Below are positions 19,323 to 27,241 of a DNA stretch of 64,000 bases, piece after piece. Positions within the stretch are counted from its first letter, which is position 1. Each line of letters starts with the position of its first letter. A model generated the notes under the pieces. That model was not told the DNA's origin and ran no database searches. It saw nothing but the letters and a program-made list of their open reading frames with translations. The translations under genes and the position numbers were made by a program. The DNA comes from Escherichia phage ph0011. The stretch lies in sequence record OP557969.1. One strand, 5' to 3'.

Positions 19323-20747
19323 ATGTCCGATAACAAAACTACATCTGTGTTCAATGAAGTATCCCCAGAACTTCAGAAAGAATGTCAAGACCGTCTAGTT
19401 CTGGCTCGTACATCTTTGATGTTGACTGCACCATTCTTCGGTGTATTGGCTTCGCGTTTGCGTCCAGTTCCAAATAACACATGGTGTCGTACTTTGGCAG
19501 TTGATGGTAAACATTTATTTTACAATGTAGAATTTGTAATGGGTGTTCAAGATCCAGCAAAAAAGAAAGCATATGAAGAGGCTATTCGCGAAAAGCACCC
19601 AGAAGTTACTGAAGAACAATTAAAAGAAATGACTGAAGGTCTGACAGATGAAAACATTATTGCAGTAATTTGTCATGAAATCTTGCACTGTGCATACGAT
19701 CACTTCCTTCGTCGTGGTATGCGTGATCCACAGCGTTATAACCGTGCAGCAGATTATGCGATTAACCAAATCATCGTTCGTGAGAAAATTGGTAAAATCC
19801 AAAGCTCATGGTTGTATGATAAAAAATATGAAGGAATGACTGCTGAAGAGATTTATAATCTTCTTGAAGAAGAAGAGCAACAGCAAGATGGTGAAGGTGA
19901 AGGTACACCACAAAGTGGCAGCGGTGAAGGTGAAGGCAAAGATCGCGGGACATTTGGTGATATCAAGGATGGTAAGGGTAAACCAAAAGGTACTACAATT
20001 GACCAACATGACGTTCCACAAGAAGGTCAAGAAGGTGGTTCTAGTGAACAACAAAAACGTGATTATATGGATGATTTTAAAACAGCAATGATGAATGCTG
20101 CTCGTGCTGGTGGTACACCAGCAGAAATCGCTCGTATGATTAATAACTTCAAAGAACCAAAGATTGATTGGCGTTCTAAGCTTCAACGCACTCTTCGTAG
20201 TTGGTTGAAGTCTGATGCAACTTATCAAAATCCAGCACGTCGTTCATGGGGTGCAGGTTTTGGTTCTAATGGTTCATTTTATGGTAATCCAATTTATCCA
20301 GGGATGAAACCAGATGATGATATTGATATTGCGATTGCTCTGGATGCTTCTGGATCTATTTCCGAAGACATGCTTCGTGATTTCATTAGTGAAGTTCTTG
20401 GTATCACTAAACAATTTAAACAGTTTAAGATTCGTATCATGACATTTGATACTGAAGTTTATACTGTCAAGGATTACAAAACTGGTGAAGAACGTAAGAT
20501 TCTGGAATATCCAGTAAAAGGTGGTGGCGGTACTGATTTTGAAGCAGTGTGGGTTCACATGAAGAATGACAATTATAAGCCTAAACAGCTTGTCATGTTT
20601 ACTGATGGTGAGCCATGGCAGTCATGGGGTGATCCAAACTATTGCAAAACATTGTTTGTGATTCACAGTAATCCAAATAAAGTTGCACCATTTGGTGAAA
20701 CAGTACACTACGAGTATGAAGCAGACAAAAAACGTCAACGTAGTTAA
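19323..20747 (+). CDS. VWA-domain protein with N-terminal HExxH metallopeptidase-like domain (CobT/DUF2201-like partner of MoxR ATPases)
   Basis: 474 aa; HEILH zinc-binding-type motif; low-complexity linker (GEGEG); MIDAS motif DASGS and GGGGTDFE in C-terminal VWA-like domain. Confidence 0.8.
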   Translation: MSDNKTTSVFNEVSPELQKECQDRLVLARTSLMLTAPFFGVLASRLRPVPNNTWCRTLAVDGKHLFYNVEFVMGVQDPAKKKAYEEAIREKHPEVTEEQLKEMTEGLTDENIIAVICHEILHCAYDHFLRRGMRDPQRYNRAADYAINQIIVREKIGKIQSSWLYDKKYEGMTAEEIYNLLEEEEQQQDGEGEGTPQSGSGEGEGKDRGTFGDIKDGKGKPKGTTIDQHDVPQEGQEGGSSEQQKRDYMDDFKTAMMNAARAGGTPAEIARMINNFKEPKIDWRSKLQRTLRSWLKSDATYQNPARRSWGAGFGSNGSFYGNPIYPGMKPDDDIDIAIALDASGSISEDMLRDFISEVLGITKQFKQFKIRIMTFDTEVYTVKDYKTGEERKILEYPVKGGGGTDFEAVWVHMKNDNYKPKQLVMFTDGEPWQSWGDPNYCKTLFVIHSNPNKVAPFGETVHYEYEADKKRQRS

Positions 20748-20760
20748 GTACTAAATAATG

Positions 20761-20789
20761 AGAACGGAATTTTCCGTTCTCTTCTTTTT
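20761..20789 (+). terminator. intrinsic terminator
   Basis: AGAACGG-AATTTT-CCGTTCT followed by CTTCTTTTT, 14 nt after stop. Confidence 0.55.
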
Positions 20790-20814
20790 ATAAGTGGGAT
20801 GACTTATAAAAATA

Positions 20815-20823
20815 TGATATAAT
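20815..20823 (+). promoter_or_regulatory. extended -10 promoter element (TGaTATAAT)
   Basis: ATGATATAAT about 20 nt upstream of ATG 20843. Confidence 0.35.
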
Positions 20824-20842
20824 AGTTAATGTACAAATATAC

Positions 20843-21091
20843 ATGGAGAGTAATAAAATGGAACAAGAAAACAATCAAATTCAACTAACCCTTCTGGACC
20901 TAATTAACGCTGCAAAAATCATGGAAGCTGCTGTTGCACGAAACACGTTTAAAGTAGAAGAGCTAGTTGATGTATCTCCAGTTGTCTCTAAGTTTGTTTC
21001 TTTTGCAAACGTAGCACTTGAAGATATCAAAGCACAAGAAGATGCAGCTAAAGCACAAGAAAGCGAAACTCAAGAAAATAAAGGAGAGTAA
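20843..21091 (+). CDS. hypothetical protein
   Basis: 82 aa; alternative start at ATG 20858 has better RBS spacing (GGAGAG). Confidence 0.5.
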   Translation: MESNKMEQENNQIQLTLLDLINAAKIMEAAVARNTFKVEELVDVSPVVSKFVSFANVALEDIKAQEDAAKAQESETQENKGE

Positions 21092-21093
21092 TT

Positions 21094-21750
21094 ATGGCAG
21101 CTATTCGTCATGTTGGTGTAATGCGTAATACAGGTTCTCGTGTTTTTGTTGTTTGGCGTTCACTACCAGATGATCCTGAACACTGCCTTATTGTTTATCG
21201 CGATTCACTTCCTGAAGCATATGTTCATGCAGTGACTGATATTGTGATGGGGCATGGTCAATCAAATATTGATTTATGGGAAGTGATGCATAAAATCGGT
21301 TATCTAGATGGTCGTAAAATGTTAGATGTTTTACATAACATGCAATATCTACGCCGTGTACGTACTTGTGATATCGATATGCACACTGGTGGTAATAATA
21401 AAATCTCACTTGATGTGCTTAATAAAGCATTGGATGAAAATCAAGCTAAAATTCAAGAAGATGGTAAAGTAAAAGACTTTAACCCATTTGACCCACAGGA
21501 AGCTGACACTAAAGTTGAAGAAGCTACTATTGTTGAAAAACTCATTTCTGATGCACAAAAATATGAAAAACTAGCTCAAGAATATTATGAGCGTGCATAC
21601 AATCTAGAGCCATCATTGCGTCCACAAGCACAAGTGGTTGAGCATAAAAAAGATAGCAAAACACTTTATCTGGAAATCCCAGAAGGTATTTCACAAACCA
21701 AGGCTATTGAGAAAGTAAAACAACTGTTTGCAGCACGAAAAGCAAAATAA
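21094..21750 (+). CDS. hypothetical protein
   Basis: 218 aa; AAGGAGAG RBS; no motif recognised. Confidence 0.6.
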   Translation: MAAIRHVGVMRNTGSRVFVVWRSLPDDPEHCLIVYRDSLPEAYVHAVTDIVMGHGQSNIDLWEVMHKIGYLDGRKMLDVLHNMQYLRRVRTCDIDMHTGGNNKISLDVLNKALDENQAKIQEDGKVKDFNPFDPQEADTKVEEATIVEKLISDAQKYEKLAQEYYERAYNLEPSLRPQAQVVEHKKDSKTLYLEIPEGISQTKAIEKVKQLFAARKAK

Positions 21751-21753
21751 ATT

Positions 21754-22347
21754 ATGACAAAGATTGAATTAGATGAAGCGATTAAAGGTTTATCTAATGT
21801 GTGTTTTAGTGGCGGGGCAGCAGGTGCTGACCGCCTTTTTTCTATCTATGCAAAAGATAATGGATTTGAAGTTGTTAATTTTTCATTTAAAGGTCATGAG
21901 CATAGTGTAGATGAAAATACTATATTAGAAATACCATCCAATATTCTATCTGATATTTCTATATTAAAGCAACTAAACATTGCATGTTACTCGTTGCAGA
22001 GAAAAGTACCAAAGCCTGGTTCTTATGTTTATAACTTACTTGCAAGGAATAGTTATCAAATACTTAATACAGAAAGAATATATTGTATTGCAAATATTAC
22101 ATCACCAACTAAGGTGAGTGGTGGTACTGCATGGGCAGTGCAGATGTACATGGATTCAGTTGAAAATCCTGAAATTTATTGTTATGATATGAATTCACGT
22201 TCTGTATTTTATTTTGACACAGTACTGAAAGAGTTTACTGAAACATTCTCAATACCAGAACCACACGGTAACTGGACTGGGATTGGTTCACGTAATGCTA
22301 CACAAAAACACATGGAACATTTTATTACATTTTTCAAGGAAGTATAA
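21754..22347 (+). CDS. SLOG/Rossmann-like protein (DprA/LOG-like glycine motif)
   Basis: 197 aa; FSGGAAGADR and later SGGTAWAV glycine-rich motifs; stop overlaps td start (TAATG). Confidence 0.4.
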   Translation: MTKIELDEAIKGLSNVCFSGGAAGADRLFSIYAKDNGFEVVNFSFKGHEHSVDENTILEIPSNILSDISILKQLNIACYSLQRKVPKPGSYVYNLLARNSYQILNTERIYCIANITSPTKVSGGTAWAVQMYMDSVENPEIYCYDMNSRSVFYFDTVLKEFTETFSIPEPHGNWTGIGSRNATQKHMEHFITFFKEV

Positions 22348-23987
22348 TGAAACAACTACAAGAACTATATCAAAAAATTCTAGATGAAGGCGTGGAAAGT
22401 GTTGACCGTACTGGTGTTGGTACAACCAAACTTATCGGTCAACAAATGCGTTTCGACCTTAACGATGGTTTTCCAGCAGTGACGACAAAACGTCTAGCAT
22501 GGAAAACAATGGTTGCTGAACTTTTATTTTTTATTAAAGGTATTCCAGACCGTCGAGTGATGCAGGAATTTTTACATGGTGAATTTAATGAAGATAAGAA
22601 CGATATTTGGAAAGGTAATTGTGTTGATATGAAAAATAAAAATCCATTAAAATTTAATGGATACAATTTAGGTAATATGTACCCAGTTTACTGGAGACGA
22701 ATGTATAAACCTGTTCCTAAAACAGTTAAAGTTAAACGTAAAAAAGACTTTGATTTTGAATATATTGAAAAATATAAATCATTTTATGATGATGTAGAAA
22801 TTGAAAAACATCATAAATCGGGTCAAACATTCATTGATATTAGGGGAGATGAGTTAGAATATCTTGGATTCAATGGACAGTATGAAAATAAACGACATTA
22901 TTTGAAATATAAGAACACGGGAACTATAATCAAACTCAATACATCTGAAATTGATATTAAACATAATAAACTTAATAGTGGTGAAGATTATTATAAAAAA
23001 AATTCAGTCGGTGGATATTTGGGTGCACCACGTGAAGTTCTTTCAAATGATCCATTGAACTCAAAAGTACAGAGCCTATGGTATAATATGCTTTCTCGTG
23101 TAAACACCTCTCCCAACTATAATAATATTAGTGTTAGCCCAAGGTGGTATAATTATTATAACTTCCTAACTGACATTCGTACTATACCACTGTTTTTTGA
23201 ATGGTTGGATGATCCAACATATTATGAATTAGATAAAGATTATTTTGGTTCATCTGTTTATTCAAGAAATACATGTACATTTTTACCCAAACATATCAAT
23301 CAAAAATTAATAAGAAAACGCAATGACTGTGCATTGGAAGTTGATGGAATACTTTATTATTCATTTACATGTTTTTATAAATCAATTTATGGTGGGAAAA
23401 CACAACCAAAAGATCCATTTACTTTTTTAGAAAATAACGGTCATACTTATATTATTCACGAAGAGACAGATGAATATGTATACCGTCCACAATTGTTTAT
23501 TGATCAATTAGAAACTGTTATTGAAAATATTAAACATGTCACCTTGAATGAAAATCATCCGGCTGGACGTAGATTGATTATGGATTCTTGGAATCCATCA
23601 TGGGAGGACGATTCAGTTCTGGGAATATGTCACCCATTTGTTCAATTCTTTGTAGTGAATGGAAAGCTGTCATGTGAGTTTTATATGCGTTCATCTGACA
23701 CATTTCTTGGATTACCACTGAATATATCATCATATGCATTATTGACGCACATGATTGCACAAATTACAGGTCTAGAAGTAGGAGAGCTAATTTACACTGC
23801 TGGTGATTGTCACATTTATAAAAATCACATTGAACAAGTAAAAGAACAACTACAACGAAAACCACGTGCATTACCTGAATTATGGATTGATCCTACTATT
23901 ACTGATATTGAAGATTTCACAATGGATTCTTTTAAATTGATTAATTACGATCCAATGCCAACAATTAAAGCACCGATGGCTGTATAA
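22347..23987 (+). CDS. td: thymidylate synthase (T4 Td-like) with about 260-aa in-frame insertion
   Basis: N-terminus DRTGVGT...GFPAVTTKRLAWK and C-terminus with catalytic Cys (ICHPFVQFF), DTFLGLPLNISSYALLTHM and PTIKAPMAV are ThyA-like; residues ~121-379 have no ThyA counterpart. Confidence 0.8.
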   Translation: MKQLQELYQKILDEGVESVDRTGVGTTKLIGQQMRFDLNDGFPAVTTKRLAWKTMVAELLFFIKGIPDRRVMQEFLHGEFNEDKNDIWKGNCVDMKNKNPLKFNGYNLGNMYPVYWRRMYKPVPKTVKVKRKKDFDFEYIEKYKSFYDDVEIEKHHKSGQTFIDIRGDELEYLGFNGQYENKRHYLKYKNTGTIIKLNTSEIDIKHNKLNSGEDYYKKNSVGGYLGAPREVLSNDPLNSKVQSLWYNMLSRVNTSPNYNNISVSPRWYNYYNFLTDIRTIPLFFEWLDDPTYYELDKDYFGSSVYSRNTCTFLPKHINQKLIRKRNDCALEVDGILYYSFTCFYKSIYGGKTQPKDPFTFLENNGHTYIIHEETDEYVYRPQLFIDQLETVIENIKHVTLNENHPAGRRLIMDSWNPSWEDDSVLGICHPFVQFFVVNGKLSCEFYMRSSDTFLGLPLNISSYALLTHMIAQITGLEVGELIYTAGDCHIYKNHIEQVKEQLQRKPRALPELWIDPTITDIEDFTMDSFKLINYDPMPTIKAPMAV

Positions 23988-23994
23988 ACGAAAA

Positions 23995-24020
23995 GGGAGA
24001 ACATATGTTCTCCCTTTTTT
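23995..24020. terminator. bidirectional terminator between convergent genes
   Basis: Perfect palindrome GGGAGAACA-TA-TGTTCTCCC flanked by A-run and T-run; td stops at 23987, minus-strand fibre gene stops at 24022. Confidence 0.6.
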
Positions 24021-24021
24021 A

Positions 24022-26313
24022 TTATCTAATTGTTACCAATGTTCTTCCGTCGAAACGTACATCAGGAGTTGAAGGTATACTAAACACCACGTTAGTGCCG
24101 TTAAACGTCACGCTATCGACCTCAACACGAGTATATACACCAGGGCTAATCTGTTCCTGTATCTCTGCTGTAACGATGTTTGAGGCTGTTACTGTAAGGG
24201 TGTATGAATCACCACTTAATACCCATGATGAAATAGTAAATGCGTCTGTCCTAACTGAACCTGAACCAATAGGAACCCATTGCCCTTTTACCTTTTGCAT
24301 AGAGGTTCGTTCGGATGTAGAGTATGCAATCATACCATCGACACCCACTGAGTTATCAATGCTTGCTAGTACTGGCAACTGAATACCATATCTATTAAAA
24401 CGTGTACGGATAGTTCCATTATCATAGATACTTACATCAGCATAATTACCCATAGAAAGTTTCAAATCCGCTCCATCCAATGTCATTGAACTTTGATTTG
24501 TATTACTTTCTAGTGTGAGTACACCGTTAGCTAATAAATTGATATTTTTAAATTTATTACTATTTCCTTTAAAAGTTGTATTAGCATTAAAAGTACTTGC
24601 ACCGTTAACTACAATAGTATTTTCTGCTGTGTCGCCTAATATGGTATTACCATTCAAAGTGGTTTCACCATCTACTACAATATTGGATTCGAAAGTACTA
24701 TTACCATTTACTACAAGATTGGATTTAAAAGTTCCATCACCATCTACGTCTACAGTAGAATGGAAAGTACTCTTACCATTAACCACAATAGTATTTTCTG
24801 CGGTATCACCCAATATGGTATTACTATGAACAGTCAAATTACCACTGGTGGTAACATTACTAGCTAGTGTATCACCATTCAATGTACTTGTTCCATCTAC
24901 TACAATATTGGATTTGAAAGTACTTTTACCATTAACCACAATAGTATTTTCTGGGGTTTCACCCAATGTTGTATTACCATGAACATTCAAATTACCACTA
25001 GCAGTAATATTACTAGCTAATGTATCACCAACCAATGTACTAGTACCATCTACTACAATATTACCATGAAAAGCACTTTCACCATTTTTGAATTCAACTT
25101 GTTCTTTATTCATTGAACTAAATGAAATGATATTACTACTTGCACTTATTCCAACATTAGTATTAGTTGGATTATCGAATCTCAGAACTGGCGTTGACGC
25201 AGGTGATGATGTTGATTGATATAATGTCAATGTCGAATTGGTAATTCTAATACGTTCAGTTCCAGAAGTACTGAATCCAATAGCATCATCAGCAGGATGA
25301 AAAATACCAGTATTCGTGTCTGACCATTTTTCAGGGTCATTACCTGGGTTGCTTACTGGGTCGTATGGGCTATTGTTAAATGCAATTGCTGGTGCGGTAG
25401 CACTACCATAGGTCACACCAAATCTACCACCTCCTACTGTACCATCGTCGTACATGGAATCACCAGTCCTACGTAAGCATTCAATTACAACGTTGTCGAT
25501 TGATGTTTGAACGGTTCCTGCATTCGTTCTAAATGGACGATTATTTGCAATCATGATAGTATTATCATATAATACTGAAGCTGCTGAAATACTAGTTCTT
25601 GATTGACGAAGGCGAATGTTTTTATCTTCAGTGATAATGATCCAATCACCATCTGATAGTGCTGTTTGGTTCATTGGTACACCGGATGCAAACGGTTTAG
25701 TTAAATCTTCATCAGTTGCTAAGTTTACTAGCCCACTATGACCAGTACTGGGAATGGCGGTAGATACAATTCTCGCAAAAGCATATGTTACGAGTTTAGC
25801 ACCAGAAATATTTGGATTAGAATCAACATAATATAAAATTTCTACCCAATCACCCTGACCAGTTGGGTTAGTTGGAGTGAATGTCACTGTACTTGTTGTT
25901 GGTTTATTAGCTTCAAAGTGTGCTTGTGCTGCATCTATAATACCACGTACAACATAATAATCACCACTAAGTGATGCTGTAGGTGCAGGTAGTGGACTTT
26001 GTGCCAAAGGTGGGTCTATATCATCAGGGATTGGATTATACGTACCAACAAATTGTAAACCACTAGTTACTGAATCTGGTAACTGTGATGTAAGAAGTTT
26101 GCCGTTAGCATCTAAGTTTGCAAAACGTCTATATGCCATCGAGCCATCTTCAAAATCCAGAACACCCTCGAATGATTTCCATTCTTTATTGTATCTAATC
26201 ATCCCTGATCTTATTACGTCAGCGGTTTCTTTTGATGGTGCTTTTGGTAACTCTAAAAAAGATTTACTATCAATAATTACACCACCATCACCTCTAATTC
26301 GATTTATACTCAT
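24022..26313 (-). CDS. tail fibre / receptor-binding protein with beta-helix-like repeats
   Basis: 763 aa; GAGG RBS; C-terminal ~40-aa repeats (ENTIVVNGKSTF three times); S/T/N/G-rich. Confidence 0.7.
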   Translation of the reverse strand: MSINRIRGDGGVIIDSKSFLELPKAPSKETADVIRSGMIRYNKEWKSFEGVLDFEDGSMAYRRFANLDANGKLLTSQLPDSVTSGLQFVGTYNPIPDDIDPPLAQSPLPAPTASLSGDYYVVRGIIDAAQAHFEANKPTTSTVTFTPTNPTGQGDWVEILYYVDSNPNISGAKLVTYAFARIVSTAIPSTGHSGLVNLATDEDLTKPFASGVPMNQTALSDGDWIIITEDKNIRLRQSRTSISAASVLYDNTIMIANNRPFRTNAGTVQTSIDNVVIECLRRTGDSMYDDGTVGGGRFGVTYGSATAPAIAFNNSPYDPVSNPGNDPEKWSDTNTGIFHPADDAIGFSTSGTERIRITNSTLTLYQSTSSPASTPVLRFDNPTNTNVGISASSNIISFSSMNKEQVEFKNGESAFHGNIVVDGTSTLVGDTLASNITASGNLNVHGNTTLGETPENTIVVNGKSTFKSNIVVDGTSTLNGDTLASNVTTSGNLTVHSNTILGDTAENTIVVNGKSTFHSTVDVDGDGTFKSNLVVNGNSTFESNIVVDGETTLNGNTILGDTAENTIVVNGASTFNANTTFKGNSNKFKNINLLANGVLTLESNTNQSSMTLDGADLKLSMGNYADVSIYDNGTIRTRFNRYGIQLPVLASIDNSVGVDGMIAYSTSERTSMQKVKGQWVPIGSGSVRTDAFTISSWVLSGDSYTLTVTASNIVTAEIQEQISPGVYTRVEVDSVTFNGTNVVFSIPSTPDVRFDGRTLVTIR

Positions 26314-26361
26314 TTAAATATTTCCTCAGAATAGATTATATATGATGTATTTATTTTAGAT

Positions 26362-26392
26362 AAAAGAAAAGGCCAAGTATAGACCTGGCCTT
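26362..26392 (-). terminator. terminator-like hairpin (minus strand)
   Basis: GGCCAAG...CCTGGCC hairpin with T-run on the minus strand, downstream of gene 26400..27179. Confidence 0.4.
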
Positions 26393-26399
26393 TAAAAAA

Positions 26400-27179
26400 T
26401 TATTTATTACGTTCAGGTATCTGAATACCTTCATATACCCATTTAGCAGCTTGTTGTGCTTTATAAATTGCATCTGGGTCAGAATCATCAACTGCATCAA
26501 TCGCTGCACATTGCTCTTCACATTCAGAAAATAGTTTTTCTACCATTGCGGATACTTCAGTATATAGTTGTGTCATTTCTTCTGAGGTAAGTTTTACAAT
26601 AGCATCATCCAGTATGATAGTGACATTTTCAGCACCCGACACTACTTGTGTATAATAATTAAGTAGCATTTGACGACCTGCAAGATCGGTATTGTAGCGA
26701 TGACCTTTGAATTCATAACCTGAATTAACACGAAATGCTCTCTCAGATAATGTTCTTTCTTTTAAATCTGTTTTTACATCAGCAATGGGTACATCAACAA
26801 AATTATAAGTTTTAAGTACTGTTAATGCTTTATATTCATCAGTTGCATCTTCCAAAAATTCCACCACTGGTTGCTTTTCATCTTTCAAACGAACATATTC
26901 CAATTGTTGGCCTTTTGAATTCACATTACCGACATTTTTATATTCTAACCACCAAAAACCTTCTTCTTTTCTCACTACATCATTCGGCTCTACTGGTGAA
27001 CCATCAACACTGGAAATTCCGTACAGAGTTCTAATATCACTATAAAGATAACGATAAGTCTGAGTATCATCGGGAGTTGCACCTGGACGTTCTTTAAGAC
27101 CTTTAACACCAATTGGATTAGTAATAATATTACCCAATTCATAATTTTCTTTTGAATCACCTTTCACATATGTGAACAT
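26400..27179 (-). CDS. hypothetical protein (fibre-associated by position)
   Basis: 259 aa; GAGG RBS; lies between two fibre genes. Confidence 0.6.
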   Translation of the reverse strand: MFTYVKGDSKENYELGNIITNPIGVKGLKERPGATPDDTQTYRYLYSDIRTLYGISSVDGSPVEPNDVVRKEEGFWWLEYKNVGNVNSKGQQLEYVRLKDEKQPVVEFLEDATDEYKALTVLKTYNFVDVPIADVKTDLKERTLSERAFRVNSGYEFKGHRYNTDLAGRQMLLNYYTQVVSGAENVTIILDDAIVKLTSEEMTQLYTEVSAMVEKLFSECEEQCAAIDAVDDSDPDAIYKAQQAAKWVYEGIQIPERNK

Positions 27180-27241
27180 ATAACTACCTCATTTGTTATG
27201 ATGGTGTCACCAAGTATAGGTGACACCTTTTATTATAATTA

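Noticed and set aside
19351-20558. Multiple short ORFs on both strands overlapping the VWA gene (for example 19806..20228 minus, 19864..20091 plus)
   Set aside because: Overlap a gene with clear HExxH and MIDAS motifs; products are low complexity; treated as spurious
22707-23483. Intein or group I intron as explanation for the td insertion
   Set aside because: No Cys/Ser at the N-terminal junction and no His-Asn plus Cys/Ser/Thr at the C-terminal junction; the insert is stop-free and in frame over ~780 nt; it is not at the T4 td intron position. Kept as a finding but not called an intein or intron
24005-24829. Plus-strand ORFs 24005..24382 and 24515..24829 overlapping the 763-aa fibre gene
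   Set aside because: Antisense to a gene with a good RBS and repeat structure; 24005..24382 also spans the bidirectional terminator
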